Below, one piece after another: positions 1-7,306 of a stretch of DNA of 11,721 bases. The notes under the pieces were generated by a model. That model made no database searches. It worked only from the letters and a program-made list of their open reading frames with translations, and was not told the DNA's origin. This DNA comes from Nitrospinota bacterium. GTDB lineage: Bacteria > UBA8248. The position numbers and the translations under genes are program-made. Each line of letters begins with the position of its first letter. The first letter of the stretch is position 1. The stretch lies in NCBI GenBank assembly GCA_046581755.1, contig JAYGFR010000226.1, positions 1-11,721 on the forward strand, in the 5' to 3' direction.

Positions 1-137
1 TAGCTCATCCCGCATCTCTGCTCGGATACTTCAATCTGTTTGCAGGCCTCAGGAACTGTCTGTCCCTGAGAGAGCAAGACCTCGGCTTCTCTCAGCTTGC
101 CGATAATCTGCTCAGGCGTATGACGCTTCCTCGACAT
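1..137 (-). pseudogene. IS3-family transposase OrfA N-terminal fragment
   Basis: Manual translation (not in the ORF track): MSRKRHTPEQIIGKLREAEVLLSQGQTVPEACKQIEVSEQ, a typical OrfA HTH start. The expected TYYRW continuation is missing after position ~18. Confidence 0.85.
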
Positions 138-225
138 GAAATATCCCCCCGGATCGGGTGGTCATGACGAAAGAGTACCGAAAATCCTCTCATTCGACAT
201 GGACCGATGTGAGGGGGGCACGTCA
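1..225 (-). mobile_element. IS3-family (IS407-like) insertion sequence remnant: left end plus truncated orfA; continues off the window
   Basis: The minus strand starts at 225 with TGACGTGCCCCCCTCACATCGGTCCA, resembling the TGACCTGCCCCC-type left inverted repeat of IS407-group elements. It is followed by a GGGGGA RBS-like tract and an ATG at 137. Confidence 0.8.
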
Positions 226-466
226 TTCCGGCTTGACGGCGTGGTCCAGAATATGAAGTGCCCCTTTCTGTTCGTCCACGGGATCGACGATCAGCAAATT
301 CCCGAAAAAGGACGCGCGCGCCCTTTTTCGGGCCGTCGGGTCCAAGGACAAAACCTCCAGGGTATTCAAGGGCACCGACGGCGGCGCGCAGCATTGCCAA
401 ATCGATTACATCTCGCCCATCGTTCATTTCATGGGGGACTGGCTCAAGGAAAAGATCGGGGCTTGA
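226..466 (+). pseudogene. C-terminal fragment of an alpha/beta-hydrolase (FrsA / 2,6-dihydroxypseudooxynicotine hydrolase-like), 5'-truncated and frameshifted
   Basis: The first frame reads FRLDGVVQNMKCPFLFVHGIDDQQIPEK. After a +1 shift at the A-run near 304-311 it continues DARALFRAVGSKDKTSRVFKGTDGGAQHCQIDYISPIVHFMGDWLKEKIGA* (TGA 464-466). The acid (HGxxD) and His (GGAQHCQ) motifs are present; the nucleophile half is absent. Confidence 0.75.
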
Positions 467-667
467 GCGGGCCTCCGGGCCATGAGATCTGTTATTATTC
501 ATCCCCGGCCATTTGAATGGAAATGCGCCTTGCGCGGGATGCAAAATTGCTCAAAATCGCGTCTAATGCGAGGGAAGAGAAATACTCCTCCCCAAAAAAG
601 CTACCGAGGCCAGCAAAGATCGGACTGAAGCGATTCCGTTCATCGGAAAAAAACACAGGAACCCCAA

Positions 668-1543
668 ATGTCATACAACAGCATCACCGAACTCGCGGGG
701 GGCAAGATTTTCGCCCTCCACAATACGTTTCCGCTCGATGGGCGGGTCAGCGCCTACCCCCTTGGCGCAAGGGGACACGCCGCTTCGAACTGCTACCTCC
801 TTTACGAGGATGACGGGGCGCTTCTTCTCGACACCGGCTACGCCGCGCATGAGGATACGATCCTCAAGCAGCTTAGCTCCATAATCGATTCGAAAATGCC
901 GCTCTCGCTGTTCCCTCTTCGAATGAATGAGTTCATGTCCGTGGGCAATGCGATGGCGATCGCCAAACGGTTCAACGTTGTGGAATGCCACTCTCCCGTG
1001 CCCGATGTGGCGTGCTGGCTTGAATTCGAGACGGTCGGTTCCGACGGCAAGAACAAGGACATTCCCACCTTGGCCACCAACCTGTTCGACCCTTCGAAAA
1101 AATACTGGGTCGGCAAAAACGGGAACCGGCCCATTGCCGCATTCCATGCGCCTATCCGCCTGATAAGCACCCGGTGGATTTACGACGAATCCACCCGCAC
1201 CCTTTTCTCCTCGGACATGTTCACCCATGTCCGGCAAGACGATGCTAGCGGCCCATGGCTAGTCGAGGACGACGATGGCGTGACGACAACCGCCCTCGTG
1301 CGCTCGTTTTTGCTGAATACGCGCTACTGGTGGCTCGAGGGCGCGGAAACCGAATCCCTCCGGCGGGGCGTTGCCGGCGTCTTCGACCGCTTCGATATAG
1401 AAACCATCGCCCCCGGATACGGGACGATTTTGTGCGGGCGGGCGTTGGCCGAACGCCAGTTCTCGGTTCTCGACGATGTTCTGCGCAATCTGGACCGGCA
1501 GGTCGTCAAGCCGCAATACATTCCACGCGGCGTGGAGAGATAG
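668..1543 (+). CDS. MBL-fold protein lacking canonical metal-binding histidines (putative non-catalytic subunit), 291 aa
   Basis: MBL scaffold motifs NCYLL...ALLLDTG, WIYDESTRTLFSSDMF and IETIAPGYG are present. The HxHxDH/HxExDH position reads LRMNEFMSVGN, and the final His is replaced by Tyr. AGGA RBS at 657-660. Confidence 0.8.
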   Translation: MSYNSITELAGGKIFALHNTFPLDGRVSAYPLGARGHAASNCYLLYEDDGALLLDTGYAAHEDTILKQLSSIIDSKMPLSLFPLRMNEFMSVGNAMAIAKRFNVVECHSPVPDVACWLEFETVGSDGKNKDIPTLATNLFDPSKKYWVGKNGNRPIAAFHAPIRLISTRWIYDESTRTLFSSDMFTHVRQDDASGPWLVEDDDGVTTTALVRSFLLNTRYWWLEGAETESLRRGVAGVFDRFDIETIAPGYGTILCGRALAERQFSVLDDVLRNLDRQVVKPQYIPRGVER

Positions 1544-1545
1544 AT

Positions 1546-2313
1546 ATGACTTCGAACAACACCCTTCCACGCGAAATCTCGCCCGGCGTTTTCTGGCTCG
1601 GCGATTGCTTGGAACAACACCACAAGGGCAAAATTTACCATTCCTACAATGCGGCCTTCCTGGTCGTGGGCTCCGGCGTCTCTTTGCTCGTTGAGACGGG
1701 CCATCCCAAGGATTTCCCCAAAATCGAACGCCAGATGAAAGAGATATTGGCCCAAAAAGGATCACCCCTGAAATTCCTATTCATCACCCACCAGGAAACC
1801 CCCCATTCGGGCGGGCTCGGACGGATGCTCGAACTCTACCCCGGCCTGACGGTCCATGGCGATGTAAGCGACTACCATCTTGCCTTCCCTCGGCATGCCG
1901 GGCGTCTGAGGAGTATGGAGGTGGGCGATGCGATCGATCTGGGCGATCGGCAATTCGTCGCCGTCGAACCGGTCGTGCGCGATTTGCGCTCTTCGCTCTG
2001 GGGGCTCGATACCGGCGGGCGCGTCCTCTTTCCCGGCGACGGCTTTGCCTATAGTCATTACCACTGGGACGGCCATTGCGGAAAAGTCGCCGAGGAGGCG
2101 ACTTCGCTCAACCTGGCGGATGCATCGGCGGTATTTGCGGAGCGGGCGCTATTCTGGACCAAGTTCACCGACATGAAAATCTATGTCGATAAGCTCGAAG
2201 AGCTGCTCGAGGACCTCGATATCGCGGTCGTCGCGCCGACCCACGGCCTGCCGATCCTCGACCTGCCGGTCACCATACCCAAAGTCCGCGCGGGCCTTCT
2301 CGCTGGGGATTGA
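1546..2313 (+). CDS. MBL-fold protein, flavodiiron(FprA)/ODP-like stand-alone domain, 255 aa
   Basis: True start is the ATG at 1546 (GGAGAG RBS at 1534-1539, 2 nt after the previous stop). Motifs: PREISPGVFWLG, YNAAFLV..LLVETG, THQETPHSGG, IDLGDR, VLFPGDGF, VVAPTHG. No flavodoxin domain. Confidence 0.85.
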   Translation: MTSNNTLPREISPGVFWLGDCLEQHHKGKIYHSYNAAFLVVGSGVSLLVETGHPKDFPKIERQMKEILAQKGSPLKFLFITHQETPHSGGLGRMLELYPGLTVHGDVSDYHLAFPRHAGRLRSMEVGDAIDLGDRQFVAVEPVVRDLRSSLWGLDTGGRVLFPGDGFAYSHYHWDGHCGKVAEEATSLNLADASAVFAERALFWTKFTDMKIYVDKLEELLEDLDIAVVAPTHGLPILDLPVTIPKVRAGLLAGD

Positions 2314-2331
2314 GGGCTTCGCTCTTTTTTT
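2312..2331 (+). terminator. possible weak intrinsic terminator after the MBL pair
   Basis: GAGGGC-TTC-GCTCTT short stem with G-U pairs, running into a T7 tract immediately after the stop codon. Confidence 0.3.
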
Positions 2332-2542
2332 CAGGAGAAATGGCCCAATTGCCGGCGCCGGCCGTTCGAAAAATCAAAAAGATACTCTTTGCCCATAGGA
2401 CCCGATTTTGTAGCGCGGCATCGGTCTGCAATAATGACCCGGGGCGCATCGTTCTCTCTTTGCAAACCCATTTGTTGAACGCCGTTTTTCTGTAATTCGT
2501 TCCCATTTTTCAAAAGAATATCTTGCGGATAGGAGAAATAAT

Positions 2543-3325
2543 ATGCGGTGGATGCGATTCGAGGTTGACGGCGATATTTCCTACGGAATCGCCGAGGGAG
2601 ATTCGGTTCGACTCGTTCAGGGAGATCCTTTTGATGGATATGAGGAAACCGGCGCGCAATACGCCATATCCGATGTCAAACTGCTGATCCCGGTCGTTCC
2701 GAAGACATTCTACGCAGCGGGCCTGAACTATGTGGAGCACATCGAAGAACAGGCGCGCCTCCACGGCAGGGAGATCAATCTGCCGAAGAAAGCCGATGTC
2801 GGTTACCGGGCGAACAATGCGTTGATCGCCCACGGCGAAACGATTGTGCTACCGAAGGATGTGACGGAAAAGGTCGAATACGAAGCGGAATTGGTCGCGG
2901 TCATTGGCAAGAAAGCGAAAAATATCACCGAGGCCGAAGCTCTCGATTATATTCTCGGCTTCACGATAGGCAACGATCTCAGCGAGCGAAGCTGGCAAAA
3001 GGAAGACCGCACCCTTTGGCGGGCAAAAAACACGGATACTTTTTCGCCCATGGGGCCCTGGATCGATACCGATGCAAATCTGGCGGATATGGAAACTGTC
3101 GTCAGCCTCAACAGCGAGGAAAAGATCCGGTTCGAGACCAACAAAATGTTATTCAGCGTTGAGCATTACCTCAGCACCATCTCCAAATATATCGAGCTTC
3201 AGCCGGGAGACGTGCTGTGGATGGGCACGGAAGGCGCATCGCCGAATTTAAACCATGGCGATGTCGTTGATATCGAGATCACAGGCATCGGCATACTCAG
3301 CAATCCCATTATAAAGGAAAGCTGA
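2543..3325 (+). CDS. fumarylacetoacetate hydrolase (FAH) family protein with DUF2437-like N-terminus, 260 aa
   Basis: Motifs AAGLNY, VEYEAELVAVIGK, GFTIGNDLSER, RAKNTDTFSPMGPWI and LQPGDVLWMGT. AGGAGA RBS at 2531-2536. Confidence 0.92.
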   Translation: MRWMRFEVDGDISYGIAEGDSVRLVQGDPFDGYEETGAQYAISDVKLLIPVVPKTFYAAGLNYVEHIEEQARLHGREINLPKKADVGYRANNALIAHGETIVLPKDVTEKVEYEAELVAVIGKKAKNITEAEALDYILGFTIGNDLSERSWQKEDRTLWRAKNTDTFSPMGPWIDTDANLADMETVVSLNSEEKIRFETNKMLFSVEHYLSTISKYIELQPGDVLWMGTEGASPNLNHGDVVDIEITGIGILSNPIIKES

Positions 3326-3413
3326 AAACGAATATGAAGTCGGGATGGATGGGAGCTATTCTCAACGGATGGTGAATCTAAAACCGGCCATCCCCGCGTC
3401 TGGTCATTTTGCC

Positions 3414-3430
3414 GGGTTCCCCTCGAACCC
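3414..3430. terminator. hairpin between convergent FAH and amidase genes
   Basis: Perfect 6-bp stem GGGTTC-CCCTC-GAACCC, with a second stem GGATGG...CCATCC at 3367-3393. No U-tract, so a terminator role is uncertain. Confidence 0.25.
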
Positions 3431-3470
3431 TCATGCTTAGCTGCGCCCCGCCGAAATAGCAGACCGCCTC

Positions 3471-5819
3471 CTAGGCGTCTCCATGAAATTTCGCCGGCAG
3501 CGGACCAAATGCCGGCGGAGGAATACGGCGTTTCGAGGCAGCTTCATACGCCGAAGCGACTTCGAGAAGAACATCTTCCTTGCCCGGTTCGGCCCGAAAC
3601 ACCAGGGAGAAAGGCAATCCGGGCGCCGGAATTGCCGTGGGCACATCGGAGGGGACCGACACATAGTTTGTGGCATCCTCGCTGAGCGCGAACACCGGGT
3701 CGTAGGCGGTCCTGACATAGCCCGACGGGATCAGCACCTCGGTCAGGCCCGCGTTCGGGCCGTTGAAGGATTCGAGGTGAAGGTTGCTCCGGATACCATA
3801 TTGGTACGCGCCGCCGATCAAGGCCGGCGGCCACGGGGTATGCAGGCGGACCAGCGCGTCGAGATGGTTCTCCAGGATCACCATCATGTCGACCCGGCGC
3901 AGCAGTTCGCGCAGCATGATGCGCTCGTTAACGCCCTGCCGCTCACCATGCGGATTGCGCGGGTCAACCACTTCTTCCCAGTTTTTGAAGGCGGCGCGCT
4001 GATCGTCGCCCCAGAATTTGGAGCGCGCGTTGAGAACGGAAAAATCGACGAGCGTTTCGGTGAATCCCCGCTCCTTCCAGTCCGCAGCGCGCCGCGACAG
4101 GTATTGGTGGATATGGAACCGGAACGTCATCGACACCTCCCACTGCTGTACGGTGGCGAGGTCGAGGTTCGAGGGGGGCGTGATCCTCCCGTCCGCCAAC
4201 TCGATGAAGTAGTCGATCGGCTTCATGGCGCCCGCGCCGAAAATCTTTCCGGGCATGAACTCGGTCGGCACGATCGCCGCCGCGAACCCCTTAAAAACAG
4301 GCTCGCCGTCCGGCCCCAGCCGGAACAAAAGATCGGGCATGAAAACGGGCACCAGCCTGGCGAGCGCCCGCCGGAAATCCGTTTTCATCGTCTCGATGTC
4401 AGGGTCCGGCTCCCACAGAGGATCGGCCGATTCCACGAGCGTAGCACCCAGCCTGCCGCCGAGGATCGCCTTGATCTCCTCTGCGACCGCGGTGACGATT
4501 GGCTCTTCGGTCTTTGAGCCCGGCGGGTACACCATGGACTCGCGGATAACCCCGATGCGCATGCCCTCAAGCGCGCCCGCCTCCCCGGGCGCCCTCGCGT
4601 GGCCCGCGTAGGGCGTGCCGAGCACCGACGAGCGCGGCACGGTCGTGAAGGGATCGCGCGGATCGTAATATCCCTCGACGGGGTCCTTCAGGGCGTCGAG
4701 GACTTTGGCGCAATCGCCGACCGTGCGGCAGATGATGCCGCTGCGGTCACAATATATGTCCGCACCGATGGCGCCCCCGTCGAAGCCGAGCATCGACTTG
4801 TGCGGCAGGATCAGCGCCACGGCGTTGTGATTGGCCGGCCCGCGCGTGGAGGCCCGCGTTTCCTCGCCGAGGCTGGCCATCACTAAGTTGGTGCTGACCG
4901 ACAGGGCCGACCCCGAACTCGAGCCAAGCGAGGCCGAGCGCGTCGTGTCGTAGGGGTTGGATGGATTGCCCCCCCAGGTGCTGCGCTGATAGCCCAGCGT
5001 CGAGGTCAGCACCTTTTCAGGTTCGTGTCGGCCACCCGGATCCCCCGCCCGGCCGTTGTATTCCGTGCAGACGGCCTTGGCAAAAATGATCGCGCCCTTA
5101 TTGCGGAGCTGTTCGACCAGCACGTGATCTCGCGCGGGGAAATCGATATCGTAGGCCGCGTCCCCGCCGCCCGTGGAACGCATGTCCTTCGTGTCGAAAG
5201 GATCCTTGAACGAGAAGACGACACCGTACATCGGCATCTTCTCGAGGTCGGGATTGCGCCCCCACTCCGCGTCGATCTCGGCCGCGCGCTCGAGCGCGTC
5301 GGGATACTCGCGGAACATATCGCACACGGGAGGCGCGCCGGGGGGAAGCGGCCCCTCGGACACGTGCCTGTCAAAGTCGCCCTGGCAAATGACCGAACGC
5401 TCGCCTCGGATATTGAGGGTAGCAAGCGCATTCACCTGACCGGCATCCGGCACGCCAACGATCATCCCGAACTGCTGCTGCACACCGGGATCCGAGGCCG
5501 TCGCTTCCATTCGGCCGTATTCGAGCGGCGGCCCCTTGTATTTGTCGAGATCGGGCAGCACCTCGGATGCCTTGACGGTTTGCACCGGAAAACGAATCGG
5601 CGCCTTCGCGCGCACGGCCCCCTCCGCCTCCGGGACGGGAGCGCCGTCCTCCGTGACCAGCGTGCTGGAGACCCCGTTATAGGTGCGCGCGCGGTCGATA
5701 TAGCGCTGAACAATTTCTACGCAGGTCGTCTGCCCCGACTTGATCGCCGCGTGCATTTCGTCAATTGTCGCCTCTTCTAAACCAAACGGCTTATTCTCCG
5801 CACCGGACCCTTCTGTCAT
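3471..5819 (-). CDS. long amidase-signature family enzyme, 782 aa
   Basis: N-terminal LEEATIDEMHAAIKSG..TCVEIVQRYIDR, catalytic Lys in GVVFSFKD, cis-Ser loop LGSSSGSA, nucleophile loop GEETRASTRGPA, and C-terminal GLPFSL..EDVLLEVASAYE..RRIPPP. AAGGGG RBS upstream. Confidence 0.92.
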   Translation of the reverse strand: MTEGSGAENKPFGLEEATIDEMHAAIKSGQTTCVEIVQRYIDRARTYNGVSSTLVTEDGAPVPEAEGAVRAKAPIRFPVQTVKASEVLPDLDKYKGPPLEYGRMEATASDPGVQQQFGMIVGVPDAGQVNALATLNIRGERSVICQGDFDRHVSEGPLPPGAPPVCDMFREYPDALERAAEIDAEWGRNPDLEKMPMYGVVFSFKDPFDTKDMRSTGGGDAAYDIDFPARDHVLVEQLRNKGAIIFAKAVCTEYNGRAGDPGGRHEPEKVLTSTLGYQRSTWGGNPSNPYDTTRSASLGSSSGSALSVSTNLVMASLGEETRASTRGPANHNAVALILPHKSMLGFDGGAIGADIYCDRSGIICRTVGDCAKVLDALKDPVEGYYDPRDPFTTVPRSSVLGTPYAGHARAPGEAGALEGMRIGVIRESMVYPPGSKTEEPIVTAVAEEIKAILGGRLGATLVESADPLWEPDPDIETMKTDFRRALARLVPVFMPDLLFRLGPDGEPVFKGFAAAIVPTEFMPGKIFGAGAMKPIDYFIELADGRITPPSNLDLATVQQWEVSMTFRFHIHQYLSRRAADWKERGFTETLVDFSVLNARSKFWGDDQRAAFKNWEEVVDPRNPHGERQGVNERIMLRELLRRVDMMVILENHLDALVRLHTPWPPALIGGAYQYGIRSNLHLESFNGPNAGLTEVLIPSGYVRTAYDPVFALSEDATNYVSVPSDVPTAIPAPGLPFSLVFRAEPGKEDVLLEVASAYEAASKRRIPPPAFGPLPAKFHGDA

Positions 5820-6282
5820 GACGTCCCCTTTTTATTTTTTCCCGAACCACCTCACTGTAAGGCAAGGTCAGTTCGGACTTCCGCCAGCCACCGCACAGTT
5901 TGTATCGTGAATATTATTGGTGATGTCCGGTTCAAACAATCGCATGCACCCGACGACCGTCAGGCATACAGGAATTTTCCCACACACTCAAACGAGGGAA
6001 TTTTTGTCCTTTTCGAGGCCCAAAATCGCCAAAATCCCCACTTTTCGAATATTTGCCTGCAGTTAAACAAATATAGAGTTTTTCTCCCAATACGGAGAAG
6101 GGAATTATCCGGGAAATGGCCCAGTGTATTCACGAAAGAGAAAGATTTTTGGTTCATTCGAATATAGAGACAGGACGCACTGGCGCGGATATTTCAAGAA
6201 CCCGATTGGGAAATCATGGTGTAGGATCGCCGTCTGTCTTCTCTTGATGCCTTTGCTCGAATTTTCGCGGAGGAGTCCCGCC

Positions 6283-7078
6283 ATGCCAGCCGTCAACGTC
6301 AATGGTTTGAAACTGAACTACCTGGATCGCGGACAAGGCGCGCCCATCGTGCTCTCGCACGGGTTCCAGAACTCGGGGTTTGCGTTCACGCCCATTCTGG
6401 ACCGGCTCGCGGAGCGGTTACGTGTACTCGCCCTGGACAAGCGCGGGCACGGGAATTCGGACAAGCCTCCCGGCCCCTACCGAATTCAGAATTTCGCGGA
6501 CGACCTTCTCGGTTTCCCCGACGCGCTGGGCTTGGAGAAGGTGGACTTCCTCGGCCACAGCATGGGAGGGCGGACGGGAACCTTTTTCGCGATCGAGCAC
6601 AGCGACCGCCTGAACCGGCTTATGCTGGTTTCCTCCTCGGCGGGCTCCCCCTCCGGCACCTACAGGGAGCATTTCGAGGTGCTCCACCGGCTTGCGGTGG
6701 AGGAGGGAATGGAGGCCTGTCTTCAACCACCAAGAATTTCGAAGGCTTCTTCCCCCGAAAATGCTCGAAGAATCGCTGGCGGAGGAATACCACGAGTGCT
6801 TTTTGAAAAACACACCTGAAACCTACGCCGCGACCGCAAATGCGCTGTTTACCATGCCGGACCTGACCGGGCGCCTTGGGGAAATCAGTGTCCCCACCTG
6901 GGTCTGCTACGGAGAAAACGACCCAGGCCCCCTCGTTTTCAGCGATATTTATCTGGAGCGCATACCCAACTGCACCCGTGCCATCCTGCCGGGGTCTGAG
7001 CATTTCCCGATCTGGGACGCAACCGAAGCCCTGCTCGAGGCAATGGAGGACTTCATGGCGAAATTTCCCATCGGGTGA
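6283..7078 (+). pseudogene. alpha/beta-fold hydrolase (3-oxoadipate enol-lactonase PcaD-like), frameshifted; ~264 aa if repaired
   Basis: ATG at 6283 with GGAGGAG RBS. The first frame has SHGF, LDKRGHGNS and the GHSMGG nucleophile elbow. One extra base near 6715-6718 shifts the rest (…VPTWVCYGENDP…GSEHFP…) into ORF 6692..7078. Confidence 0.85.
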
Positions 7079-7092
7079 GTTGCCATACCACT

Positions 7093-7154
7093 CAATTTTC
7101 GATTGGCCAAATTTCAATTGGGCCAAATATTGATCGAGCCAAAATTCGATCCGA
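7093..7154. repeat. four degenerate 15-16 nt tandem repeats
   Basis: CAATTTTCGATTGGC (7093-7107), CAAATTTCAATTGGGC (7108-7123), CAAATATTGATCGAGC (7124-7139) and CAAAATTCGATCCGA (7140-7154). The last unit overlaps a perfect inverted repeat TCCGAAA-TAT-TTTCGGA (7150-7166). Confidence 0.65.
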
Positions 7155-7306
7155 AATATTTTCGGAGCTCTGCGCCTCGATCTTTACCCGGACTCAGGAC
7201 GAGAGAACTATCCCATTTTTCCTTCCGCATGGGATCCATGCAGCTCATTCAGGGGCTCGCTATACCCACCTAATATTGCGAAACCAACACCCAAAACCGC
7301 CTCCAT

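Noticed and set aside
136..516. 126-aa plus-strand ORF
   Set aside because: Chimera of IS end sequence, a hydrolase fragment and out-of-frame sequence.
1255..1545. N-terminal extension of ORF 1255..2313
   Set aside because: Overlaps the upstream MBL gene out of frame; the RBS and family similarity point to the ATG at 1546.
2340..2495. Small ORF MAQLPAPAVRK… after AGGAGA
   Set aside because: RBS-ATG spacing is too short and there is no recognisable motif.
3483..5780. Long plus-strand ORFs 3483..4517 and 5025..5780
   Set aside because: Antisense shadows of the GC-rich amidase gene with no family motifs.
2337..6123. Shared 11-mer GAAATGGCCCA at 2337-2347 and 6113-6123
   Set aside because: The flanks align poorly, so it cannot be distinguished from chance.
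5820..6282. Guanidine (ykkC-type) riboswitch or sigma-54 promoter, expected near amidase/atzF genes
   Set aside because: No ykkC, mini-ykkC or ykkC-III consensus, and no correctly spaced GG-N10-GC TGGCAC/TTGC motif, found by eye.
7093..7154. Possible CRISPR array
   Set aside because: Units are 15-16 nt, degenerate and contiguous, without spacers; no cas genes.
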